Positions 4,874 through 14,413 of a stretch of DNA of 39,703 bases are shown here, in pieces (the stretch's first letter is position 1; each line of letters begins with the position of its first letter). The DNA is from a virus (Duplodnaviria > Caudoviricetes): IMG/VR virus record IMGVR_UViG_3300025879_000002, positions 1 through 39,703 of that record. One strand, 5' to 3'. Both the position numbers and the translations under genes were made by a program. The notes beneath the pieces were generated by a model. That model saw nothing but the letters and a program-made list of their open reading frames with translations. It was not told where the DNA came from and made no database searches.

Positions 4874-7321
4874 TTGCCTAAATTAATTGAGAGTATGCCT
4901 ACCTACCGTGACGAGCTAGCACATGAAAAAGAAATGGCTGAGCTAGGTAAAAATAGAACGAATAAACGATTAACGTCACACATTCAAAGAGAAGAGGAAA
5001 GTGTTACCAGCTATGGTAAAGTCATGGTGGCTAACACAATCAGGCCTTTAGCTATGGCTATTGGTGAATGGCTTGAAGAGACATCTAAAAAGACTATTGG
5101 TAAACCACCAATTGCTTTTATGAAACTAGCTGAGGTGGAACCAGAAGTATTAGCATTAATCACTGGTAAACACATTATCAATACCATAACGCAGTACAAA
5201 CCATTGACGGCTACCTGCATATCTCTTGGCGGTAAAATAGAGACTGAGATTTCACTTAAAAACTTTAAAAGTTTAAATCCTGAACTTTACGAAACAGTTA
5301 AAATGGATTTAGACAAACGGTCTTTTAATTACACCTACAAAAGAAGGAAGTTAAGAGAAAGCGCTAAGCGTGATGAAGTAATGAAATGGGAAGAGTGGAC
5401 AACACCTGTTAAATTACATGTCGGTATCAGACTTGTTGAACTTATGATTTATGCAACAGGTTTAATTGAAATAGGAACGGAAACAGTTAAACATAAAAAA
5501 GCTAAGATTATAAAACAAACTGAGAAAACTAGAGAGTGGATTAAAAACAGAAATGGTTTTAATGAACTGTTAAACCCAGAGTATCTACCCACAGTAATGC
5601 CGCCAAAGGCGTGGTCAACTGTGTCAGGCGGTGGGTATTGGACTAAAGAGTTACCTGAGCTGGACTTGGTAAAACAAAAGAACAAGCTGTTTAAAAAAGA
5701 ACTTGAAAATTTTGACATGCCAGAGGTTTACAGCGCAGTTAATACAATGCAAAACACTCCATATAAAATCAATAAGTTTATTTTAAAAGTTATGCAGGAA
5801 GCTTGGGACAAAGGTTTAGCAATAGGTGGTATTCCGCCTAATGTTAATTATGATATTCCAAACAAGCCACATGACATTGAGACAAACGTTGAAAGCAGAA
5901 GAGAATGGAAAAAGAAAGCAGTCATGGTACACACTGAAAATGCTAGGATGTTTTCTAAAAGATTACTCTATGCTAAAATTATGTGGCTTGCTGATAAATT
6001 TAAGGACTATGCAACTTTATACTTTCCACTGCAATTAGATTTCAGAGGAAGAGCGTATTGTGTACCAGCATTTTTAAATTATCAAAGTATTACAGGTGCT
6101 AAAGCTTTATTGTCGTTTGCACATGGTAAAGAAATCACAAAAGAAAACAAAGGTGATTACTGGCTTGCTATTCATGGAGCCAACATGTTTGGTGAAGATA
6201 AAATATCTTTAGAAGAGCGTGTTGAGTGGGTAAACAAAAATGAAGACTGGATATTAAAATGTGCTGAAGACCCAATGAATAATAGAAAATGGGAAGATGC
6301 ATCAAATGCATATCAGTTCTTAGCGTTCTGTGATGAATGGAGTAAGTTTAAAAAAGAAGGCTATGGATTTGTGTCTCATATTCCAGTGAGCGTTGATGGT
6401 TCATGTAATGGACTACAAGTTTATTCATTAATGTTAAAAGACAGCAAAGCAGGTAAGCTAGTTAATTTATTACCTACAGATAAACCACAAGACATCTATC
6501 AATTGGTTGCTGATGCAGTCATTGAAAAACTAAAATTGGATGCAGCAGAGAATAAACCGTATGCTCAGTTGTGGCTTAACTATGGTGTTAAACGTTCAAC
6601 AACAAAGCGTAGCATTATGACTATCTGTTATGGTTCAACTAGATATTCATGTACAGACTTTGTGATTGAAGATTTAACTAAACGAAAAGACAAAGGTGAA
6701 AACCATCCATTCACAGATGACCTATTTAGGCCTGCAAGTTATCTTGCTGGTGTTATCTGGGAAAGCATAGGTGATAATCTTACGTCTGCTAGAATTGGAA
6801 TGGATTACTTACAAACCATTGCAAGAGTAGTGGCTAAAGAACAATTACCTGTACACTGGGTTACACCTGTAGGCTTTCCTGTTTATCAGTCTTATCCTGA
6901 AATGAAATCAAAAAGGGTTAAGGCAATGTTAATGGGTGAGGTTATTAAACCTAGAATAAACACTGAGACAGACTTAACAGATAAGTTAAGAATGGGTAAT
7001 GGTGTTGCGCCTAATCTAGTGCATAGTGTTGACAGCGCTGCAATGATGAAGACTGTTAACATAGCACACAAAAATGGTATCAAAAACTTCTGTAATGTAC
7101 ATGACAGTTTTGGTACAACGGCTGGTGATGTTGAAGTTTTAAACCAGTCATTAAGACAGGCATTTATTACAATGTTTACTGAGCATGATATTTTAGCTGA
7201 GTTCAGAAATGATGTAATGAAACAACTACCTGTTGAACTTCATGCTAAATTACCAGAAGTCCCTAACAAGGGTGATTTAGACATTAACCAACTTAGGGAC
7301 AGTGAGTTCTTTTTTGCTTAA
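4874..7321 (+). CDS. T7-like single-subunit DNA-directed RNA polymerase (gp1)
   Basis: DFRGR, motif A DGSCNGLQ, motif B RSTTKRSIMTICYG, motif C HDSFGT, C-terminal FFA. TTG start with AAGGAG. Confidence 0.98.
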   Translation: MPKLIESMPTYRDELAHEKEMAELGKNRTNKRLTSHIQREEESVTSYGKVMVANTIRPLAMAIGEWLEETSKKTIGKPPIAFMKLAEVEPEVLALITGKHIINTITQYKPLTATCISLGGKIETEISLKNFKSLNPELYETVKMDLDKRSFNYTYKRRKLRESAKRDEVMKWEEWTTPVKLHVGIRLVELMIYATGLIEIGTETVKHKKAKIIKQTEKTREWIKNRNGFNELLNPEYLPTVMPPKAWSTVSGGGYWTKELPELDLVKQKNKLFKKELENFDMPEVYSAVNTMQNTPYKINKFILKVMQEAWDKGLAIGGIPPNVNYDIPNKPHDIETNVESRREWKKKAVMVHTENARMFSKRLLYAKIMWLADKFKDYATLYFPLQLDFRGRAYCVPAFLNYQSITGAKALLSFAHGKEITKENKGDYWLAIHGANMFGEDKISLEERVEWVNKNEDWILKCAEDPMNNRKWEDASNAYQFLAFCDEWSKFKKEGYGFVSHIPVSVDGSCNGLQVYSLMLKDSKAGKLVNLLPTDKPQDIYQLVADAVIEKLKLDAAENKPYAQLWLNYGVKRSTTKRSIMTICYGSTRYSCTDFVIEDLTKRKDKGENHPFTDDLFRPASYLAGVIWESIGDNLTSARIGMDYLQTIARVVAKEQLPVHWVTPVGFPVYQSYPEMKSKRVKAMLMGEVIKPRINTETDLTDKLRMGNGVAPNLVHSVDSAAMMKTVNIAHKNGIKNFCNVHDSFGTTAGDVEVLNQSLRQAFITMFTEHDILAEFRNDVMKQLPVELHAKLPEVPNKGDLDINQLRDSEFFFA

Positions 7322-7326
7322 TGGAG

Positions 7327-7344
7327 TTAAGTACCCATAGTAGA
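7327..7344 (+). promoter_or_regulatory. Phage RNAP promoter candidate for the replication module
   Basis: TTAAGTACCCATAGTAGA, intergenic between RNAP and SSB. Confidence 0.8.
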
Positions 7345-7368
7345 ATAAGAAACTAAGGAGTAGATAAA

Positions 7369-7992
7369 ATGGCGAAGAACAATTACGTCAAAATTGTAAG
7401 TCCAGAAGGTGTATCTAAATACGCATGGCTTACAAAACCTGATACTAAGTTTGACAAAGATGGACATTTTAAAGTTAATCTTGTCGTTAGTTCAGAAGAA
7501 GCTCAGCCATTAATTCAACAGATTGATGGTGAGTTAAAGAAAAGTGCAGAGATAGCTAAAGAGAAAAATAAAAAAGCTGTTAAAACTGCAAACCCACCGT
7601 ATGAACTTGAAACTGATGACACTGGTGCAGAAACTGGTAACGTTGAGTTTAAGTTTAAACGTAAGGCACAAATAATTTCAGCAGATGGTAAAGTGATACC
7701 TTTTAAGGTAGCTATCTTTGATAGTTCTGGAAAACCTGTGACTGATGTTAATGTTTGGTCGGGTAGTAAAATGAAAGTCAGTGCGGAATTAGTACACTGG
7801 TACACCGCAATGGCAGGTGCTGGCGTGTCTCTTAGATTAAGAGCTGTGCAAGTTACTGAACTTGTTGAAGGTGGAGCAGACAATGCGTCTGGTTACGGCT
7901 TTGATAAAGTAGATGGTGGCTATGTAGCACCAGAAAGCGTGGTAGAAGATGTGGCAGCAACGCCTCAAGAGAACGAAGCGTCTGACTTCTAA
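7369..7992 (+). CDS. Single-stranded DNA-binding protein (gp2.5-like)
   Basis: YAWLTKPD, GVSLRLRAVQV, acidic tail ending in Phe. Confidence 0.93.
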   Translation: MAKNNYVKIVSPEGVSKYAWLTKPDTKFDKDGHFKVNLVVSSEEAQPLIQQIDGELKKSAEIAKEKNKKAVKTANPPYELETDDTGAETGNVEFKFKRKAQIISADGKVIPFKVAIFDSSGKPVTDVNVWSGSKMKVSAELVHWYTAMAGAGVSLRLRAVQVTELVEGGADNASGYGFDKVDGGYVAPESVVEDVAATPQENEASDF

Positions 7993-8371
7993 GCAAGTCG
8001 GACTTAGATACGGTTTTCGTTCTGGACTTGAAGAACAAGTTGCTACAGAACTACGTAACAATAGTGTGATGTATGAGTTTGAAAAGACTAAACTTAAATA
8101 TGTTAAGCCTCAGAAGGCTCATACATACACACCTGATTTTTATTTGCCTAAGCAAAATATTTATATAGAAACTAAAGGATTGTTTACTACACAAGATAGA
8201 CAGAAGATGAGACTTGTAAAAGAACAACATCCAGAATTAGATATTAGATTTGTATTTAGTAATTCAAGAAGTAGAATTACAAAGAAATCACAAACAACTT
8301 ACGCAATGTGGTGTGAGAAGTATGGTTTTAAATATGCTGATAAACATATTCCAAAGGAGTGGTTACAATGA
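7949..8371 (+). CDS. Endonuclease I / Holliday junction resolvase (gp3-like)
   Basis: FRSGLE, YTPDF, IETKG, HPELDIRFVF motifs. Confidence 0.96.
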   Translation: MWQQRLKRTKRLTSKQVGLRYGFRSGLEEQVATELRNNSVMYEFEKTKLKYVKPQKAHTYTPDFYLPKQNIYIETKGLFTTQDRQKMRLVKEQHPELDIRFVFSNSRSRITKKSQTTYAMWCEKYGFKYADKHIPKEWLQ

Positions 8372-8793
8372 GTAACTTAAGAAAAGAAACTAAATATATT
8401 GTCATACATTCTTCAGACACACATCCACAACAAAATATTCAAGTTAAAGATTTAGAAGTACAACATAGAAAAGAAGGATTATTTTCTTGTGCGTTCCATA
8501 AAGTTATAACTAGAGATGGACAAGTCCAAGATGGTAGAGATATTCAGATAGCTGGTGCACATGTAGATACAAGTGTTAAGTTGTCTAACAAAAATTCTAT
8601 CGGTGTGTGTTTAATTGGTGGATTGACACCTGATGGACAACATGATTGTAACTTTACTTTTAAACAATATGAAAGTTTAGTAAAACTTATAGATGTTTTA
8701 AAAGAGAGTTATGAAAATGTTGAAGTTGTTGGTCACAGAGATGTGACTAGCTCCAAAGCTCCGCATTTCAACGTTAAAGAACTGCTGAGTTAG
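8368..8793 (+). CDS. gp3.5-like N-acetylmuramoyl-L-alanine amidase homologue with altered active site
   Basis: IVIHSS, GAH, NSIGVCLIGG, GHRD, syntenic with T7 3.5. AAGGAG precedes the ATG at 8368. Confidence 0.88.
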   Translation: MSNLRKETKYIVIHSSDTHPQQNIQVKDLEVQHRKEGLFSCAFHKVITRDGQVQDGRDIQIAGAHVDTSVKLSNKNSIGVCLIGGLTPDGQHDCNFTFKQYESLVKLIDVLKESYENVEVVGHRDVTSSKAPHFNVKELLS

Positions 8794-8805
8794 TTTGTTT
8801 GTTAA

Positions 8806-8829
8806 GCTCTGGGTGTAACAGCCCAGAGT
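8806..8829 (+). other. Intergenic stem-loop
   Basis: GCTCTGGGT-GTAACA-GCCCAGAGT, 9 bp, no U-tract. Confidence 0.55.
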
Positions 8830-8858
8830 GAAACCAAAATATTTTAGGAAAAAAATTT

Positions 8859-10457
8859 ATGCAAGAAAATGACAGTAACTTTTTATATCACACACACTGC
8901 GATAGATGTGGTTCTAGTGATGCAAACTCAGTTTATGATGATGGACATACATATTGTTTTTCATGTAACACACTAACAAAAGGAGCAGAAGAGTTGAAAC
9001 AACAAACAAATAAAGAAGGCAGTGCTGAATTTATATCAGGTGAAGTAAAAGAATTATCAAAAAGAAATATAGATTTAAATACAGTACAAAAATTTAATTA
9101 TCAAACAGGTAGTTGGTTTGGCAGACCTTGTCAAATAGCAAACTACTACAACAAAGATAAACAATTAGTAGCACAAAAGTTAAGGTACCCAGATAAAACT
9201 TTTCAATGGCTAGGTGATGCAAAACAATCAGGTTTGTTTGGTCAACATCTATGGCGTGACAAAGGTAAGATGGTTATTATAACTGAAGGTGAGATAGATT
9301 GTTTGTCAGTCTCAAAAATAAATCAAAATAAATTCCCCGTCGTAAGTATTAAGTCAGGCGCACAAGGAGCAAAAAAAGATATTCAAAAAGAATTAGAATG
9401 GCTTGAAGGTTTTGAGTCTGTTGTGTTTATGTTTGACCAAGATGAGCACGGACAGAAAGCTGCTGTTGAATGTGCAAAATTATTTTCACCTAACAAAGCA
9501 AAGATATGTACGTTACCATTAAAAGATGCTAACGAAATGTTATTACAAAACAAAGCAAAAGAACTAACAGATTGTATCTGGTCAAGCAAAGCTTACAGGC
9601 CTGATGGTATTATACTGGGAGCAGACTTGTGGGATGATATACAAAAAGAAGATAAAACAATTAGTGTTGAGTATCCGTTTGATTGTCTTAACAAAAAAAC
9701 TCATGGTTTAAGAAAAAGTGAACTAGTTACTATCACTGCTGGTAGTGGTGTAGGTAAATCTAGTTTTTGCAGACATGTAGCATTACATTTATTAAAGAAA
9801 GATTATACTGTAGGTTACATTGCACTAGAAGAAACTAATAAACGAAGTGCACTTGGCATCATGGGTGTTGAATTAAAGAAACCATTACACTTAACTAGAG
9901 AAGGTGTTGAAGATAAAGAGTTACAAGAAGTATTTAAAAACACAGTTGGTAATGGTAAGTTTTATTTATACAATCACTTTGGTTCTACAGCTGCTGATAA
10001 TTTATTAAATAAAATAAGATACTTTGCAAAAGGATGTGGAGTTGATTTTGTTATCTTAGACCACTTACACATGGCACTATCTGCTATTGGTGATGAGACT
10101 ACTAATGATGAAAGAAAACTTATTGATTACTTTGTCTCTAAACTAAGAGCCTTAGTAGAAGAAACAGGTATTGGTTTAATACTTGTATCACATTTAAAAA
10201 GACCTGAAGGTAACAAAGGATATGAAGATGGAGTGCAAGTATCTATGAATAGTTTAAGAGGCTCAGCATCTATAGGACAGTTGTCTGATATGATTATTTC
10301 TTTATCAAGAGACTTACAGTCTTCAGATAATATATCTAAAATAAATATTTTAAAAAATAGATTTAGTGGTGAGACAGGTCAAGCTTGTAGTTTACATTAT
10401 GATTTAGCTACTGGCTGTTTAACGGAAACACAATCGGAAGTAACTAATGATTTTTAA
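8859..10457 (+). CDS. DNA primase/helicase (gp4-like)
   Basis: N-terminal CxxC..CxxC zinc finger, TOPRIM EGEID and FDQD, Walker A AGSGVGKS, LDHLH, LRGS, KNRFSG. Confidence 0.97.
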   Translation: MQENDSNFLYHTHCDRCGSSDANSVYDDGHTYCFSCNTLTKGAEELKQQTNKEGSAEFISGEVKELSKRNIDLNTVQKFNYQTGSWFGRPCQIANYYNKDKQLVAQKLRYPDKTFQWLGDAKQSGLFGQHLWRDKGKMVIITEGEIDCLSVSKINQNKFPVVSIKSGAQGAKKDIQKELEWLEGFESVVFMFDQDEHGQKAAVECAKLFSPNKAKICTLPLKDANEMLLQNKAKELTDCIWSSKAYRPDGIILGADLWDDIQKEDKTISVEYPFDCLNKKTHGLRKSELVTITAGSGVGKSSFCRHVALHLLKKDYTVGYIALEETNKRSALGIMGVELKKPLHLTREGVEDKELQEVFKNTVGNGKFYLYNHFGSTAADNLLNKIRYFAKGCGVDFVILDHLHMALSAIGDETTNDERKLIDYFVSKLRALVEETGIGLILVSHLKRPEGNKGYEDGVQVSMNSLRGSASIGQLSDMIISLSRDLQSSDNISKINILKNRFSGETGQACSLHYDLATGCLTETQSEVTNDF

Positions 10458-10674
10458 TGATGACTTTAATGAAGACAATCATTCAGAAGCTGTTAGTTGG
10501 ACTGAATATCTCATGGGACATTTACTCAAAGCTAAATATAAACCAGAAGAGGACATTATAGTTATGGTTCCAAACGAAACAGTACAAGAAATGATTGACA
10601 TTGCAATAAGTGAACTATGCACACAGTCAACAGAAGCTTGGCAACTTAAAACTCAAATATGTACGGTACATTAA
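10447..10674 (+). CDS. Hypothetical acidic protein (75 aa)
   Basis: Overlaps the helicase stop and fills the gap in the operon. Confidence 0.65.
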   Translation: MIFNDDFNEDNHSEAVSWTEYLMGHLLKAKYKPEEDIIVMVPNETVQEMIDIAISELCTQSTEAWQLKTQICTVH

Positions 10675-10675
10675 T

Positions 10676-10954
10676 ATGAAAATACCAGAACTAAAAATAA
10701 AAATGCCATTTAAAATTGTATGGTGGAAAGATATAAATTCAGATGCATCATGGCAAACAATAGAAACAGCTAAAAAAAGTAAACCAACAATATGTGTGTC
10801 AACAGGATGGTTACTATTAAAGAATAAAGATGTAACTATTATTTGTTCTGATTTTAATTATGATGAAAGTGACAACTCAAGTATATCTGATGTAGGTAAT
10901 GTAACAACAATACCCACTTGCAATATACTATCAATGAAAGATGTAAGAATATGA
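10676..10954 (+). CDS. Phage hypothetical protein (92 aa)
   Basis: WxD...W...CxSxGWL...G..TTIP pattern. Probable start 10676. ATGA overlap with the polymerase. Confidence 0.75.
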   Translation: MKIPELKIKMPFKIVWWKDINSDASWQTIETAKKSKPTICVSTGWLLLKNKDVTIICSDFNYDESDNSSISDVGNVTTIPTCNILSMKDVRI

Positions 10955-12687
10955 GATATGTTTTTGATATAGAGACAGATGGTTTTATAGATGTAGTTAC
11001 AAAAATGCATTGTATTGTATTAAAAAATATAGATACAAATGAAATATTAAAACTACCAAACTATCAAGCACTATTAAAATTAGAAGAAGCTGATTTAATT
11101 ATAGGACATAACATTATTAAATATGATTTACCTGTAATACATAAACTGTTTCCGTCTTTCTCTTTCAAAGCAAAAGTATTTGATACACTGGTTGCTACTA
11201 GATTATTGTTTCCTGATGTAACAGAAAAAGATTTTCAAAGAAAAGATTTTCCTAAAGATTGTATTGGAAGACACAGTTTAAAAGCATGGGGTAATAGAAT
11301 AGGTACATACAAAAGTCAGTTTGAGTCTGATTTTAAAATATTTACTGATGAGATGTTAGAATACTGTATTCAAGATGTTGAAGTAACTCATAAATTATAT
11401 GAGATGATACAGAAAAAAGGTTACTCAGAACAATCTATGGACTTAGAGCATGATGTTGCTTTCCTAATACACAAACAAGAACAGCATGGTTTTGCTTTTA
11501 ATGTAGAAGCAGGACAAGAATTATATTCTAAACTAAATGCTAGAAGGTTAGAGTTAGAAGATGAGTTACAAAAACTATTCCCACCTGAAACAGTTGAGAA
11601 AGTTTTTATTCCTAAAGTAAATAACAAAGCAAGAGGTTATGTTAAAGGTGAACCATTTATTAAAAAATCTACTGTTGTCTTTAACCCATCAAGCAGACAA
11701 CACATAGGACAGAAGTTAATAGATAAATATAATTGGAAACCAAAAGAGTTTACGAATGATGGTAAACCAAAATTAGATGAAACTATATTAGAAAGTTTAG
11801 AATACCCAGAAGCTAAAATACTTTGTGAACATTTTTTATTAGATAAACGAATTGGACAATTAGCTACAGGCACACAAGCTTGGCTAAAGCATGAGAAGAA
11901 AGGTAGAATACATGGTACATGTAATACTAATTCTACTGTTACAGGAAGAGCAACTCATTCTTATCCTAACATGGCGCAAGTACCTAGTGTATCAGTTCCA
12001 TACGGTAAAGAGTGTAGAGCGTTATTCACAGTTCCAACTAATAAAAAACTTGTAGGCGTTGATGTCTCAGGTTTAGAAGTGAGAATGTTGGCTCACTATA
12101 TGGCTAAGTATGACAACGGTGACTATGCAAAGGTTGTGTTAGATGGTGACATACACACAGAAACACAACAGCTGGCTGGTTTAGATAGCCGTGACTTAGC
12201 CAAGAGATTTTATTACTGCTTCTTATATGGTGGTGGTGTAAAAAAGATAGCGTTAGTTACAGGCAAGACAGTTAAAGAAGCGGGTCAGATTAAGAAACGT
12301 TTTTTAAATAACTTACCTGCATTAAATAAATTAATAACACAAGTTCAAGAAGCTGCAACACGTGGATACTTAATCGGTTTAGATAAAAGACAAATCAAAG
12401 TCCGTTCGCCACACGCAGCATTGAATACTTTATTACAATCAGGTGGAGCCATTGTATGTAAACAATGGTTAGCTGAGTTTGATAAAGTAATAGGTGAAAG
12501 TGCAGCTGAAATACAGCAAGTAGTTTGGGTGCATGATGAAATACAAATAGAATGTCCTGAAAATCTTGCTGACAAAGTTGGCCAGATAGCTGTTGAAGCT
12601 ATTAAAAAAGCAGGTGAGCATTTTAAACTACGAGTACCTTTAACAGGGGAATACAAAATAGGAGACAACTGGAGTGAAACGCACTAA
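10951..12687 (+). CDS. DNA polymerase family A (gp5-like)
   Basis: Exo motifs DIETD, HNIIKYD, YCIQD. Pol motifs DVSGLE, RDLAKRFYYCFLYG, VHDE. Probable start is the ATG at 10951. Confidence 0.98.
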   Translation: MRYVFDIETDGFIDVVTKMHCIVLKNIDTNEILKLPNYQALLKLEEADLIIGHNIIKYDLPVIHKLFPSFSFKAKVFDTLVATRLLFPDVTEKDFQRKDFPKDCIGRHSLKAWGNRIGTYKSQFESDFKIFTDEMLEYCIQDVEVTHKLYEMIQKKGYSEQSMDLEHDVAFLIHKQEQHGFAFNVEAGQELYSKLNARRLELEDELQKLFPPETVEKVFIPKVNNKARGYVKGEPFIKKSTVVFNPSSRQHIGQKLIDKYNWKPKEFTNDGKPKLDETILESLEYPEAKILCEHFLLDKRIGQLATGTQAWLKHEKKGRIHGTCNTNSTVTGRATHSYPNMAQVPSVSVPYGKECRALFTVPTNKKLVGVDVSGLEVRMLAHYMAKYDNGDYAKVVLDGDIHTETQQLAGLDSRDLAKRFYYCFLYGGGVKKIALVTGKTVKEAGQIKKRFLNNLPALNKLITQVQEAATRGYLIGLDKRQIKVRSPHAALNTLLQSGGAIVCKQWLAEFDKVIGESAAEIQQVVWVHDEIQIECPENLADKVGQIAVEAIKKAGEHFKLRVPLTGEYKIGDNWSETH

Positions 12688-13042
12688 AGCACAGCCACGT
12701 TTTGATTTAGATTTAAAGTTCGGACAAGAAAGTGAGAACGAATTTCTAAAAGCAATTGAAGGTAAGATAGAATGTAAGTCTGATAGATTATGTATCAAGA
12801 CTGGTAATGTATATATTGAAACAGAAAGCAGAGGAAAAGTATCTGGTATATATAATACAGACTCAAAGCATTATGCTATCTGTTTATATAAACCTGATAG
12901 AGAAGAACAAGTATGGGTAGTTATACCTACAAACCATCTTAGAAAACTGATGGTTAAATATCCCATCAAAGCTGGTGGTGATAACTGGACTTCTAAAGGA
13001 CACATTATACCTAAAGAAGATTTATTAACATTTAATATATAG
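12674..13042 (+). CDS. Hypothetical protein, possible PD-(D/E)xK nuclease
   Basis: IECKSD, TGNVYIE...SGI pattern. GTG start with GGAG. Confidence 0.55.
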   Translation: MKRTKAQPRFDLDLKFGQESENEFLKAIEGKIECKSDRLCIKTGNVYIETESRGKVSGIYNTDSKHYAICLYKPDREEQVWVVIPTNHLRKLMVKYPIKAGGDNWTSKGHIIPKEDLLTFNI

Positions 13043-13050
13043 GAGTAAAC

Positions 13051-13806
13051 ATGGCTAAGAAAAAAGTATTACTAATTGATGGTGATATTCTTATTTATAA
13101 AATAGCTACACAAAATGAAGTTGCGACTGACTGGGGTAATGACTTATGGACATTACACTGTGATGCTGCACAATGTAAAGCAGAAGTAGATGCAACAATA
13201 GATGACTTAGGTTCTAATCTTGAAGCTGATGATTACATTGTAGCATTAACTGATAAGAATAATTTTAGAAAAGATGTATTACCTACATACAAAGACAATA
13301 GAAAAGCTAAGCGTAAACCTATGGTGTTAGGTGTACTACGTGATTATGTAATGGAAAAACATAATGGTGTTATCTATAAAAACTTAGAAGCTGATGATGT
13401 ATTAGGTATCATGGCAACAGAACCTAGTCAAGAAGATAGAATTATTGTCTCTATTGATAAAGACTTAAAACAAATACCACTATCAAATGTAAGTGGAGAT
13501 GGTGTTAATGTAGAATACATACCTGAAAAATTAGGTAACTATCATTGGATGATACAGGTATTAGCTGGTGATGCAACTGATGGTTACACTGGTATTCCAA
13601 ACGTGGGTGTTAAAACAGCAGATAAACTTATTATGAAATATAGTAATGTACCCCTCTTAGACCTATGGAAAATTGTTGTAGGTATCTATAAAGATAAAGG
13701 CTTTACAGAAAAAGAAGCTTTACAACAAGCTAGGGTTGCACGTATTTTACGTCATGGTGATTACAATAAGAAAACAGGTGAGGTAAAACTATGGCAGATA
13801 CAGTAA
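13051..13806 (+). CDS. 5'-3' exonuclease (gp6-like)
   Basis: LIDGD, YKDNR, LEADD, DKD, GDATDGYTGIP. Confidence 0.95.
   Translation: MAKKKVLLIDGDILIYKIATQNEVATDWGNDLWTLHCDAAQCKAEVDATIDDLGSNLEADDYIVALTDKNNFRKDVLPTYKDNRKAKRKPMVLGVLRDYVMEKHNGVIYKNLEADDVLGIMATEPSQEDRIIVSIDKDLKQIPLSNVSGDGVNVEYIPEKLGNYHWMIQVLAGDATDGYTGIPNVGVKTADKLIMKYSNVPLLDLWKIVVGIYKDKGFTEKEALQQARVARILRHGDYNKKTGEVKLWQIQ
13644..13661 (+). promoter_or_regulatory. Intragenic phage promoter candidate
   Basis: TAATGTACCCCTCTTAGA, 16/18 match to the 32070 copy, upstream of the nucleotide-metabolism genes. Confidence 0.55.
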
Positions 13807-13997
13807 AGAAACCTAAGCATTATGCTAAACATAAAATTGAACCTATTGATTTTATCACACAAAACAAATTATCTTTTTGTGAAGGCAACGTAGTTAAATA
13901 CATTTGTCGTTGGAAAGATAAAGGTGGCATAGAGTCTTTAAGAAAAGCTAAACAATATATTGATTTCATTATAGATAAGGAAAGTAAAATACAATGA
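13791..13997 (+). CDS. DUF3310 / T7 gp1.7-like protein (putative nucleotide kinase)
   Basis: PxHY..IEPID..GNVVKYxxR..KGGxExLxKA. Confidence 0.85.
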   Translation: MADTVKKPKHYAKHKIEPIDFITQNKLSFCEGNVVKYICRWKDKGGIESLRKAKQYIDFIIDKESKIQ

Positions 13998-14413
13998 TAT
14001 TAAAACATGAGCATGTAATTATTAGAGCAGAAGTTATGAACCCACCAATAACTACAGAAGATATTAAACAATGGGTAATAGATTTAGTACCTAAAATAGG
14101 TATGAAATTAATGGGTGAACCACAAGCTTACTATTCTGATATGGTAGGTAATCAAGGAGCTACATGCGCTGCTGTTATAGAAACATCACACATAGTTATT
14201 CATGTATGGGATGAAGACTCACCATCATTAGTACAGCTAGATGTTTATAGTTGTAAAGAATTAAATATTAATACTGTGTTAAAACATTTAGAAGTATTTA
14301 ATCCAACTAAAATACAATACAAATTTTTAGACAGAGAAAACAATTTAGAACTGGTGCCTGATTTTGCCAGTCATTTTAAAACAACAAAAGATTTATTAGA
14401 GGAACTAACATGA
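13994..14413 (+). CDS. speD: Pyruvoyl-dependent decarboxylase, S-adenosylmethionine decarboxylase family
   Basis: IETSHIVIHVWDE and LDVYSC motifs of class 1 AdoMetDC. Confidence 0.85.
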   Translation: MILKHEHVIIRAEVMNPPITTEDIKQWVIDLVPKIGMKLMGEPQAYYSDMVGNQGATCAAVIETSHIVIHVWDEDSPSLVQLDVYSCKELNINTVLKHLEVFNPTKIQYKFLDRENNLELVPDFASHFKTTKDLLEELT

